DNA of 62,283 bases, counting the filler, from Sphacelaria rigidula (taxonomy: Eukaryota), in assembly GCA_964200075.2 (NCBI GenBank). It is 8 parts of 8 records of this genome, joined end to end, with 100 filler letters (N's around TTAATTAATTAA, not from the genome) between each part and the next. Parts side by side here need not be neighbours in the genome. Positions count along the whole stretch, not along the records: positions 1 to 7,699 come from CAXNAA020013751.1; positions 7,800 to 15,498 come from CAXNAA020013752.1; 6 more parts are not named here. One strand, given 5' to 3'. Position 1 is the first letter of the stretch; each line of letters starts with the position of its first letter. This document shows positions 1 through 11,547 of the stretch, piece by piece. The notes under the pieces are model-generated. The model was not told where the DNA came from. It did not search any database and was given only the letters and a program-made list of their open reading frames with translations. A program made the translations under genes and the position numbers.

Positions 1-689
1 GATCCGCATGGTTCCGACGTTTCGGGAGTGGCCTGCGGACAAGGCACTTTTTTGTTTAGCGATCATCATCAAAACCTCGGGGTCAAGCGAACCAGAAAAG
101 TGGGCCAGACTCCCATCGTCGTGTTGATGCAAAATGTTCAAGACATGTGATGCGATTCTCTGTTGTTGGGCCAAGCACCGTGTCCAATGCTTCAAAATTG
201 AAGAATCCCCACCCCCCTGTTTTTTTCCATCAAGACCACCGTAAGAAACGGTATTGCCCCCCGATAAAATACGCCATGTCCTGGCGCTGGCTAAACTGTG
301 AATACTCAGCTGGGAGGAGGAGGGGGGAAGGATCCTGCTCCTGGGAGAAACTCCATGTGCCCCCTCCCCGAGCACGGGTGATGAGTTTTCGGATCCTGAA
401 AACTCATCGCTGAGGAATGATATATACACCGTTTTACGGCGATCATCCTGTCGGTTTGAAATGGTGCAGATACTATACTAGCGACATGAGGCCAAACAAA
501 TAAATGCCTTTAAGGAAAGCAGCTCAACACGGGGCATAAGATGGGCTCCTTGCAAACGAAAAATCAGCGGGGAGCGCACCACACGCCCTGATTGATTGTT
601 GATTGAAAAAATCTCTAGGCGAACAAATCGACCTTTCGAGCAGCAACTCGACCGTTACACGGTCTGACTTCCCATAGCCGTCATAATTT

Positions 690-921
690 TTATTTTTATT
701 TTTCAGGAGGCAAGAGTAGAAATGGATCTTTATTTCGGAGTTCAGATATATTGGCCCCATTGCCGGAAATGATTGAGTAGCCCTTTTTTTTTCTGTTCCT
801 TTTTCTTGTTTTTTTTTAGAGCGTGTTTGAATTTCGTTTTTCTTGGGTACGTCTATCGTGAGACCACGGCTGGACCCCCGGGGAGCCAGTTCAAGTGCGA
901 CAATCAATCGATCAATCAAAA
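690..921 (+). mobile_element. 3' part of a SINE-like repeat with (CAAT/AATC)n tail
   Basis: GTACGTCTATC..GAGACCACGGCTG..AAGTGCGACAAT-CAATC matches 48847-48927; the 5' boundary is approximate. Confidence 0.65.
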
Positions 922-1260
922 TCAGCCCCTTATACTAGAATATAATCGCTCCTCCGTCCTCTCCGAACCCTTTTCGGTCCTCGCGGCGTGTCCCAGAGCG
1001 TGTCCTGACAACTCATTTTTTGATCGAAAAAGTGCGGTGGAGAATAAAGAGTACACATCTGATGGGTCGTCCTTCCAACATAAATGACGTGGACATGAGG
1101 CTTACCATTATCAATCAACCGAAAATGTGCGGTGGTGAAAAAAAATGGTCTGTTTGGTTGTCATTACAACATGAGAGAGGTGGACATAAGTAACGACATG
1201 TTGTGCCTAAATGAATCAGAGCGGACTTCTTTTCCGCGACACTTTTCCGTTCGTCATCAA

Positions 1261-1366
1261 CCCCTAGACCGCGTTGCGGACAGTCCATCAAGATACACGC
1301 ATACTTTTCCCGGGTAAATATCATTGATGCCGATTCAGCAGGTGACCTACCCTCGCGGTCCAAGGG
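1261..1366. mobile_element. About 105-bp piggyBac-type MITE
   Basis: Inverted termini CCCCTAGACCGCG / CGCGGTCCAAGGG with TCAA/TTGA (degenerate TTAA) flanks; homologous copies at 40080-40181 and 52683-52784. Confidence 0.7.
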
Positions 1367-2786
1367 TTGAATAAGTTGCCAAGACACGGCCTCAGCTTGG
1401 AAAGCCTTCGTGAAGAATAGCACTCGGTCTAGTGCCATATAAACTTCGCTGGGACAACTCGTACTGCATGCAAACAAGACGAGGATTACGCATGCATCGG
1501 TGGGATGCGGCTGAACGGCCGGCTCCCGCGCCGGGTGCCGGGTGTGACTCACACAGGTGCGTGAGAATATGTGTCCATCGTAGCTGACGAACAGTAATGG
1601 TGACAGTGTGCCAGGAGCACAAAGCAGAGCGCAAGATACCGGATGAATATTGTGACCCGGGCCGTCCGTTACAACCGGCGCAGAGGGTCTGTAGTGTATG
1701 GGGTACAGTGGTGTTTAGTGAGAGTTCGGAAGTGCGGTTGTTGAGACCGACGAATTATTAGCCCGCCACCGGTTTGCAGTATCGGTGTGTACAACGCACC
1801 AGCAAGAAAAGTAGAGCGAAGAGCGCACAGACACCACTCTACAGCAGGGTCCTCGATACGAAATATGACATTTCCGTGTGCGCCAAGTATTCTGCAAGCA
1901 CTGCACCGTGGAGGCCTCCAAATATCTCCGACCATCCTTACACCAGTACATGTACCCGGAAACAGAGCGGGCACGGCCGCGCTGCATGTGCCGTTGTTCC
2001 GCGTACTGTATGTACCCCATAATCATCCGAAATACTCCGAGTAATACTTACATTTCAGTACAGCAGTATCTTGGTGGTATCTGGGTACAGTGAAGCACAC
2101 GACACTACAAGTACAGACGGTACAGAGACAGCCTACTGAACACTGGCATATATCAGCATAAGATTGCCGGGAAAGTGCACTCAACGGTATGTTCAACGCT
2201 GGTACAACTGGGTACCATTCAGCGCGGGCGGCTTTCCCGTCCCCCCAAATGACATCTCCATCAGACAAGGCCGAAGAAAATAGTGTCCAACTGAGTTACT
2301 GTTGTGTTGCTGTCTGTGCTTGTAATTCAGACGGATGTGCGCAGTGCGCACATGGATGCGTGTTCTTTTGCGAAGTGACGATACATGTGTAACGGCAGGA
2401 TGATGGCGAGGCTACGCACGATACAGGACACTTCGTCACGGCACACACTCACGCCCCAAACACAATCCCTCAAGGCAACATCAAGCACCATGTTACTGTG
2501 CCGAACGCCCATGTACAGCCTCCCCATGATGGGATTGCGAAGCATGCCATGAAATTGCGCGAATCCTGTACAGTACAGTTCGTAGTGCGCCAAACAGGAC
2601 TTAAGGACATGACCAACGAAACACACGAAATTTCGACACCAGTAACGTGCTAACCTCCAAGAGCTACATGAACATAGTGCCCACCATCTCAAAACCTTCA
2701 CCCAGTCAATCCTCTGCAGTGGTAGCTTCACCGCCATGCAACAGCCCTACAGATCAATCAGCCAGTTCATGGGTATAGTGCTTTAC

Positions 2787-3003
2787 CTGGAAACAGAAGG
2801 TTGCCACGGCCCATGCCCGCAAGCATGGCCGAGGGCGAGGCGGGTGCCCGCCTGCTGCTCTTGAGGGTGCCTGCCGATCTCGATCCACCAGAGCACGAGT
2901 ACGGCGTGGTCACGGAGTAGTTGCGTTTGCGTTTGGGCGTGGAGGGGTGTCCCATTCCGGCGGAGAAGGGGCTAGCACTGGCAAAGTCACTCGGGTGATG
3001 CAT
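2787..3003 (-). CDS. Putative first coding exon, unknown protein (MHHPSDFASASPF...PKRKRN...)
   Basis: GC-rich ATG-initiated frame ending at a CAG|GTAAAG donor, with a basic NLS-like PKRKR. No family recognised and no downstream exon identified. Confidence 0.35.
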
Positions 3004-4081
3004 CGTATCTGGTTGTCGTCGTTGTCGTTCGTATGCCGTTGTAAAAGCTCAAGTTCTCCCAACAACGCACTGCACCAGGGCGGGGTGTGGGTGCTTTTGC
3101 TGCGAAGAGATGCTTGCTAAAACGTGGGCCTGATGTGGGACTGACTGTAAAAACAGACAGAACAAGCGTGTGGTAGTACAGTGGAGAGGAAGTATCGGTG
3201 CGTGATAGGTGTTGTATTTCCCGTCGTATGGGGCTAGTCGCACTCGGAATAGCTCAGATCTCGGCTGTACTGAACGGGGCCGGCAGAAGGAGGTGAGATC
3301 GGCTAGAAAAGGACCAACGGCCAGAGGGGGGATTACACACTAATTGATAAATAAGTGTGTTCCCTCCCCTTTCTAAAAACGCCATATGGTATCCAATGTA
3401 TATCACAATATTCCGCGGTACCCTTGGTCATTTGAGAAAAGAGCGGGTTCCGCATCTTTGCTTTTTTTTTCCCCATGACATGTGCGTGAAAGAATGCAGC
3501 TGGCAATCGGTGACTGTGTAGGTGTCCCAAGCCACGCGAAAACAGCTAATTGCCAAACGCCCGCGGAGACGACACTTATTCTTCAGCGCAGTCGAAGTTG
3601 GCCACCGTTTCGGGTGCATTGGTGTAACCAGAATCCTTCGAATACTGTTGATAGGGTTCTCCATATCTCTGGGTACAGGTTCGTGTAGCACCTCTTTGAG
3701 CCCTGGTTGAGGTCGCCGGCAAGTTCAAACCCACTTCAAGACCGTTCAACCACTCAGCGCTTTTGCACACTACAGCAGTACTGTGCTTCAAGGTGCTCGA
3801 TTCGCGTCGTCTCCACCTGAGAGTCTTTTACCCCTCCTTGACAGCATCATCACTCGTCCACCTACATTTTGGTCTCTCTATCTATCCTGTACGCCGTGTG
3901 CCTGGAGTTTTACCCTGTCCTGACAACACGATACTCAGGACAAGAGTACAACTACTGTCTCGAAACTACAGTACTTACTACCGTACTGTACTCCGTGTAC
4001 AGTAGTGGGGCAATTCAGTACGGGACACGCGGCTTAGCCGGAGCGTTACGCAAGCTAGGCGGTTTCAGCAACGCCATAAAC

Positions 4082-4245
4082 ATGGAGCCGGCACCATCAA
4101 AGGCATCTAAGGCCCCTGGCGGAGACACCGGTGATCAGGGAGATGAGGTGACGGTGACGGCTGCGGTGATGCCAAAGCCGAAAAAGGTCTATGCGCGGCT
4201 GGCGAAGCACAGCCCCTACATTGGCTTTTTTCACCACGGGCCGAG
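4082..4245 (+). CDS. Putative first coding exon, unknown protein (MEPAPSKASKAPGGD...)
   Basis: AAACATGG start context, coding-like composition, AG|GTATGT donor. No family recognised. Confidence 0.35.
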
Positions 4246-5453
4246 GTATGTGCTTGAGTGTATGTATGTTGTATGTTCCTCGTCCTGCGCATGTTCGGGA
4301 GCGTTTGAATTGCCAATATAGAAAAAAAAGTGTACTGTACTTGACGCAGTCGAAGGTGATACAACGTGCCTTACCCCTCTTTGGGGGTATAGGATGCGTT
4401 TTGCTGTGCTGTTTACACTATCGTAATAACATGTCGTGATTTACGTTTCGAGTTTGCAAGGGTGCAAGGTACAGTAATCCACTCATCACAGAGAGAACAG
4501 CATCGTCTTTACAAGCGTGCTCTTGAAGGCCATGTCGATTATTGCCACTACCGACTACACCCGACTGACTGTCCATACTGTACAACTCCGCGACGAGGCA
4601 ATTGGCTGTGTTGTACTATACCATAGGCTGCAGTTGCTGTTGATCGCTGTGTGGAGTCGGCACAGTAATGCAGCACGACAGGGTGCTCTTCTGCCTGTTT
4701 TCAACGGGGTGACGCATTTGTTGGCCGCGCTGAAACTTCCACGGTCTATATATATATCATCGTGCCTGGATTATTATAGTAGTCAGGCCTTGTTAGACAT
4801 CACAACAGTACAGTACCTAACAAACAGTTCAGCGCGTTACTACCATGGGTGGGAGATCGAAGTGAACGTTTACTCTACTGACCGATACATTCTCAGCAGG
4901 CCTGCTACTGTACTGCACTACTCTACTTTTCCGTCCCGATTTGTCGTGGAGCCTCTCGTGGAGGCAAACCCGCATGTGATTGCGCTGAAAAGTACTTGGT
5001 GCCGCTTTCGGTGCTGTATACCGTAAAGATAACATTTGGGCACCCGGTAGGTGAACTACTGTCCACAACAGTAGTAGTAGTGACGTGCTGTGTCGGTACC
5101 TTTACATGGGGAAGGAGCTGCACGAGGATAAGGGGTAACGATTCTCCCCCCCACCCCCCACCCCTCCCACCTCAATCCAAGTGGTGGAGTGTGACACAAC
5201 CTCCCAGCTATCAAGCTGGGGAATGGAACAGCCAAGACGCAGTACAGTCTTGCGAAGTCCTTTACGTTACGAACGGGTAGTGTTGACATGTGGACTACAG
5301 GACACATTACTGCTCAAACGGCACCAGTTCGCGGGTGATATCCTCCGTTACAGTGTAAGGAATTGAGCAAGTGTTTGTTTGTGTTGTGTAAGCGTGTTCA
5401 CCAAGTATTGTCCACTTGGCGTTGGTTCCCGCAATTCGACAGCATGGTTGACC

Positions 5454-7329
5454 TAGAGACGTCCTCCGTTCGAATTTTTCACACCTTGGACAATATATGG
5501 TCAATAGTTACAATAGACAAGAAACGTACTGCATAGAGTAAAGGCCTATTGCCATTATTGTCGGCCGGCAATAGTTGCATTAGGCCTATACTTTATGCAG
5601 TACACTTCTCGTCTGTTGTGTCTATCGACCATCTATTGTTCTCGGCAGCCTTATTATCCGAACCAATCCGCGGATTGAAAAAAGTGGCGGAATATGCGAT
5701 TTACAGACAAATTTCGAGGAAAACGAGCGATGGATACTCCTCAACTCTCCCCACATGCATGTTGCGCATGTTTGAAAGGGGTGGTAAAGTCTTGGATCAC
5801 GTGTCGCGAGTCAGATGCACAAATCAGATGAAGATTGAAGTGAGAAAGGTCGTCGTTATCCACGCATGGTGCCAGCGATGTGCAAGAATGAACGCCTTTT
5901 CCACAGCAAACCGGAAAAATCAAGTCCAATCACGACATCCAACTTTCTCAAGGCCACTACAAATCACAGCACGCGTGTGATGTGCTCCATCACCAGCTGC
6001 ATCGGCTGCTCTGTCCCTCTTCCCGCGGACATAATTTACGATCTCACGACCAGCTACTGGTGGCAATAACTGTTGATTTCCTTTCAATTAAGAGCTGATC
6101 AGGTAGACTTGTTGGCCACCTCCCGAGAACCCTTGAGAAACGTCAGCGGCTCAAGCCGTTCCGGCTTCAGTCTGTTTTTCCGTTGCGTCATAACAAGCCC
6201 ACTCTGCGAGAATGCTCGCTCTGAGGGACCTGACGATGCCGGAACAGCCAAGGCGTTCCGAGCAACATGCGCAACGAGTGGGTACTTGTGCGCACTCAGC
6301 GCCCACCACTTGAGCGGGTTTTCATTGATGGCCAGAGCGGGTTCCATCGCAATTTCCAGAAAGCCCATCATCTCTGTCCCCCTCACCCTGAACCTTCTCA
6401 ATCTCCTGCCGCTTGACCGGGGCTTCTTGGGCGGAGGTCGGGCCGCGCGGCGTGGCTGATGCCTCCACCTCCCTCTGCTGTCCTATCCGCTGCAAGAAGT
6501 TTCGGCCCGAAGCTTCCTTCTGGACCCTCGCCGACTCAGTCCCGCGCGACGCAGGAGTGTCAGAGTAAGCAGAGGCACTGCTGGCAACGCCGACAGCAGC
6601 GTCCCTCAGCTCCTCTCGCCAGTCCTTCATGCGGTGGTCGAGAGCTGTCTTCGCGCGTTCCTTGCCTTCATCTGATAGAAGATCGAGCGTCTTGGTGCGA
6701 GGGTCACATCTGCCACCGATCGCGCCCCTTCCGCCATGTACGCTGTTTCGAACGCGGCTGCGTCGTTGTCGAGCATGATGCCGTAGAAGTGGTCGTAGAA
6801 ATCGTTCCGACTGTGACCGATGCCCGACCTATCGAGCCACCGTACTTGTAGCCGCTGACGGACTTGCTGCATCCTTTCACCTTACAATAAGTAATTAGTA
6901 GGTCATAAACTTTCCTCTTATCGAAGAATTCCCATACAGGAGCCGTGTTGACGGCCTGTTGGCGCGATCTTACCTTTCGCATCTGTCTTCCCGAGTCTCG
7001 AGGCAGAATCGTTACCCCTGGCTGTTCGTTTCGGCTATTGTCATCACCCGATGACTCAACTGCCAACGGCGCTGCGTCGCTCATCGGCGGGGACGTCTAC
7101 AACACGATTATCCTGGACGGCGGCCACGGCAGTTGAGGCTCGGTGGGGCTTTTTGGGCGCCTCATCCGGATTGTGGGCGGCAAGAGTGGCCGAATTTCGG
7201 ATTTCCCACGTCACGCGTTATCCGGATAAAAGAAGGATTTATACGCGTTTTTTTTTGCAAACGGAGAGGATTAGGGTTGGATTCAAACGGAGCGGATATC
7301 CGGAGTGGACGGAGCGGAACACATCTCTA
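5454..7329 (-). mobile_element. Non-autonomous, internally deleted hAT DNA transposon (1876 bp)
   Basis: Imperfect TIRs TAGAGACGTCCTCCG (5454) and revcomp TAGAGATGTGTTCCG (7329); 8-bp flanks GGTTGACC / GGTTGCAC (6/8); contains transposase remnants. Confidence 0.85.
6099..7084 (-). pseudogene. hAT transposase remnant: N-terminal BED-finger start and C-terminal hAT dimerisation domain, frameshifted, catalytic core missing
   Basis: NPLKWW...YPLVAHVARNALAVPASSGPSERAFSQSG...RKNRLKPERLE is a canonical hATC domain (6099-6401). APVWEFF...YCKVKGC is BED-like (6704-7084). Total span is under 1 kb. Confidence 0.85.
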
Positions 7330-7699
7330 GGTTGCACGCGGAACATCAAAACTCCACACGTCGAGCGAGCATGAGTGTGACTCGTGGCACTCGCAGTCGT
7401 TGGGCTGGTCGTTGGCCGCAAAATTAATCCTTTGGGGACTGGGCCTCCAGAACGACCAACGAGGCTGGTTAGGAATGACGTGTTCTGCGTATACATGAAA
7501 TAGTGGCTTCATGTTGCCAAAATCAACGAATGTATGTAACGGCAGGGTTACGTCCAACCTATTTTCAGGTACAAAATGTCTGTACTATACAGTAATTCGG
7601 GTGTCGTGCGCATCAGGCAATGTACAGATGGATCAAGCAATATCAGTCGCGATGGAGAGCTTTCAACAGGATGTGGCAATCGCCGTCCGCCACTTGTAG

Positions 7700-7799
7700 N
7701 NNNNNNNNNNNNNNNNNNNNNNNNNNNNNNNNNNNNNNNNNNNTTAATTAATTAANNNNNNNNNNNNNNNNNNNNNNNNNNNNNNNNNNNNNNNNNNNN
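7700..7799. other. Artificial contig linker N44-TTAATTAATTAA-N44 (also at 15499-15598, 23297-23396, 31095-31194, 38893-38992, 46691-46790, 54488-54587)
   Basis: The same 100-bp linker occurs 7 times; the 12-mer has stops in all six frames. Contig lengths are 7699, 7699, 7698, 7698, 7698, 7698, 7697, 7696. Confidence 0.98.
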
Positions 7800-9523
7800 T
7801 TACACTGCCTCCTGGGTGTCTCACCATGGACCCACTACGTCGTACGATCATGCCCATTGTGCGGAGTTGAGGTTCTCCCACGCCGCACAACATGATCTAG
7901 CTCGACTACCATCATGGTCACCGGGGGAAAAAAACGCAAGCGCGCCAAAAAGAACGGCAACCTGGTTCCCTAGCTTCCGTAGTGAGTGGTGTGTTTCATA
8001 GCGTCATCGCCAAGCGACGCCAATCCCATCGGGGGTCCGCCCCTACAGGGGGAGGGAACCAACCCATATCCCAGGAGGTTGTGATTCAAACCCTGGTCCG
8101 TTTCATTACCCTCATATCTACACCCTATCCTGTACAGGGGGGTGGAGGGGAAGAAGGGGGACACAAACTCCTTTTGACGCTTCAAAGGTGACTACCTTAC
8201 ATGACGGTATATACAACCTCTGGGTGATGGCCTTTTGTGTGTCAAGAAAGTATCACCTGGGAGTAGCATTTTCGGAGGGAATGAGAAGGGGTGATATGCT
8301 ACGTACAAGGGTGATACATCACGCACGAGGTTGACAAATCGTACATGTTGGGTGATACACTAAATGACTTCGTGCCCCTGTGGATTAGCGTAGGTATTGA
8401 AACGGATCCAGAACCAGTGGATAAATCGCAACTCGGGGTGTTTTTTTTCTCACGGTATACGGCGTTCCGGTTTTGAACACCTTGTCATTTACTGCGAGCC
8501 CACCCGTAATGGTGATCGATAGTAGTGGGTGGCGTAATAGGCCGGGTATCACTAGTCAGCAATCTCGAATTTAAAAGAAAAGGTGCTGCTTCCAATACAC
8601 CTTCGCCAGGAGACAGACAACCTTTTGACCTCCGACAAAAATGCTGCACTATATAGTAGCGCGGTTTGTTTCTGCCGAGTAGAAACCATGAACGGACGGC
8701 AACGGGGGGGAAGCCTCTCTGTCGCCAGCAAAACAGCTGAACAACGGACAAGCACCACCCCACGAAATACTCAAGGTTCGTATCACTCTCCTCGTACAAG
8801 AGCACACTCAAGATTTTCACTCCAAGATGATCCAGCGACGAACAAAGAGCGAAATATTTTCACCAGCGCGAGTAGCCCCTGGGGTATCTCATCATATATC
8901 TGAACAAAAGCACTCCCAGCATCCGACAACAACGACCAATGACACAATACAGTAGGCTACTTCCGACACATCCACGAGTGTATATCTTGATCACGGCTGG
9001 ATTCCCCGGGCATCAATCAATATGCCACCATCAACCAACCAATCAATCAGTCGGTCAACCAGTCAACTACATACCCGCACGGGTTCTACAGCTGCCGCGT
9101 CCGCACCTATTGCCGTAATGAGCCCTTGCCAGGAATCCCCTCCTCCACGCATCCCTCTGACAGCAGAAAACTCAACCACGCCATCCTTGGGGCAAGCTTC
9201 GCAAAATATTCGGGAAGTCTGGGATAAAGAAAAACAAAAAGTGGGACAAGCAGAAATAGTGCAGGACGAATAGTCGAGATGCGCACCCCGGCGGGACTGG
9301 TGTGTGAGCTACGCATCGTGAAGCACGGGTCGCACAAGGATGAACAAGTACGTGGACTGAGTACCCTGACATGCGCCCGCTCCCCATGAAAAGTCGCATG
9401 CGGATTCAAAGAACGCACTTGACAAAGATCAGCACAACACAAAGGACCGAACCAGACGAAAACAGCCCTTTGTGTGGCACACGTGAGCGCTTTTTTGGTT
9501 TCGGGCCCCTGAGTACCCCCCCC

Positions 9524-11384
9524 TGAAAAAGGAGACCAGGCTGACCCCGTTAAATTAAAGAGGGACAACCGTACTGAGCACGGTAGGGAAAACATTTGTG
9601 AGATTCTGAGCGATAGAATAAGAACGATACTAGAAGAAGAAAAATTCAGCGAGGGCCAAGCAGGTTCAGAACCAAACCGTAATTGCGTAGACCATGTGTA
9701 CACACTAGGTGATATTATTCAAGGTAGGAAAGACGCCGGGCTGACAACGTACTGTTTCTTTCTATACGTACAAAAGTCCCATGGCACAGTATGGAGACAT
9801 GGACTGTGGAAAAAGTTGTGGGAAACTGGGATCAGAGGAAAGATGTGGAGAACGGTGAAGAAGATGACAGAATATGCCAAAAGTTTTTTTGTGATGCTAG
9901 ACGGGGAAATATTGGAATATTTTGATATTCCACAAGGAGTTGCACGAGGATGTATATTATCACCCACTCCATCCAAGGTATTTATTAATGACCTGGTAGT
10001 AGCAATAGAAGGAGCAAAGCAAGGAGTCAAGGTGGGAGAAGAAATGGTATCAAGATTGATGTTCGCAGATGATTTCGAAAGATTGAAGAAACAATTAGGA
10101 GGGCGCTAGAATACACCAGGACACGGAGAGTGACAACGAACGTTAACAAATGCACGGTACTCGTCTGTAACGAAGATGTGAAAAATCCGGTAGAGTTCGG
10201 ATGGAAGTGGGAGAAGAGGAACCGTCGATTGTAGACCAGTATGCATACCTTGGCGAAGAGATCTAATAAATCTGTTTTCTGGATGCACGCATGAATGAAG
10301 TAATAGAAAAGGGAAGGCATGGGTAGGCAGGATGGACGTGATCCTCAGAGACTCGCACCTGAATACTAGGTTCAAGATATGTATATATGTATATATCCTG
10401 ATGAACGTGATTGTACCAAAGTTGTAATATGCAGAAGTATGTGAGGGGAACGTGAAGTTTGTGAAGAAGTTGGAAATAGTACAGATGGCAGCAGCTAAGA
10501 AAATACTTGAATGCTCGAAAAAGACGAGTAATACAGCATTGAGAACAGAGTTGGGAATGTACCCTCTCAAAACAGAGACATGAGGGAGTTGAGATGGCAA
10601 TGTAGCGTAAAGAACCTGCAGAGAAAGAGATTGTCAGCTATAGTTTATAAGGCTGCATGGAAGAGAATGACGAAAGGGCAGGCTGGAATAAGGTGGGATA
10701 GAGAAGTCGAGAAAGTATGGAAGGAGATAGGAGGGAACCAAGACGAAATACCGTCCACAGGTGAAGGCGCGCGGTAAAAGACAGAAGTGAGAGACATGAT
10801 GGAAATAATGGGAAAAGAAGCGCTCAGGAGCAAAGTAGACGAGGAAGAACACCTGAAGATATACGGGGGGTTGAGAGAGGGGCTAGGGGTAAAAACATAT
10901 CTGCATGGCTCAATGGACGCGGCGAAACAATTGAAACTGCTATTTCGGGTGGATGACCTGGACCTGCCACAAAGAAGGAAATAAGTCGAGAGGAGGAGAA
11001 AGTAGATGCACCGGACTGCCCCTGCGACAAAGCACTAAAGAGCAGAGCTCATGTAGTCGCATAATGTGAACTTCACAAGGACGAACGGGACATGCTAGAG
11101 GGGGAAATGCGGGACGTGAACGAAGGTGGCATGAAATCATTTCATGTATCATACAGTAGCGAGAAAACGATGGCGATACGTACTAGGAGATAGAAGGTGG
11201 CCACAGACGGTGAAACAGGACGGGGACAAGATATGCGAAATTTTTGTGTGTAATGTATGGGAGAAGCGTAATGAGCACCCAAATGTTGGAGGTGTCTGTA
11301 TTAGGAGTAGGAACGGTGCTCCGTCTCGAAACGGATGGGTGGTGGTCAATGGTCAAACGACTAAGGTAAGCAACAAATGAGTAC
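9524..11384 (+). mobile_element. 5'-truncated, decayed non-LTR retrotransposon (LINE): reverse transcriptase and 3' region
   Basis: RT motifs KKGDQADP..RGTTVLSTVGKTF, EGQAG, QGVARGCILSP, FINDL, LMFADD (ORF 9696-10109); downstream frames broken by stops and frameshifts; purine-rich sense strand; lies antisense within an intron of the 11548-13637 gene. Confidence 0.9.
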
Positions 11385-11547
11385 GCCCCCCTCCCCCCCC
11401 GGTGCACCCCCCCCCGGCCCCGAGTCATGCCGCATCAATCAACCTGCTCGGTCTTCCTTAAACCCCTTCTCCCCCTCCCACTCCCCCTCCCCCTTCCCTT
11501 CCCAACCCGCCCCGCCCCCTCTGGGTTCCTCCTGCTTGGCCCCTTAC

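Noticed and set aside
1774..2093. piggyBac C-terminal Cys-rich domain (VFCKHC...CMCRC)
   Set aside because: The cysteine spacing needs ad hoc frameshifts and there is no upstream transposase remnant.
7744..7755. Periodic TTAATTAATTAA palindrome as a biological repeat
   Set aside because: Always centred in 44+44 Ns; it is an assembly linker.
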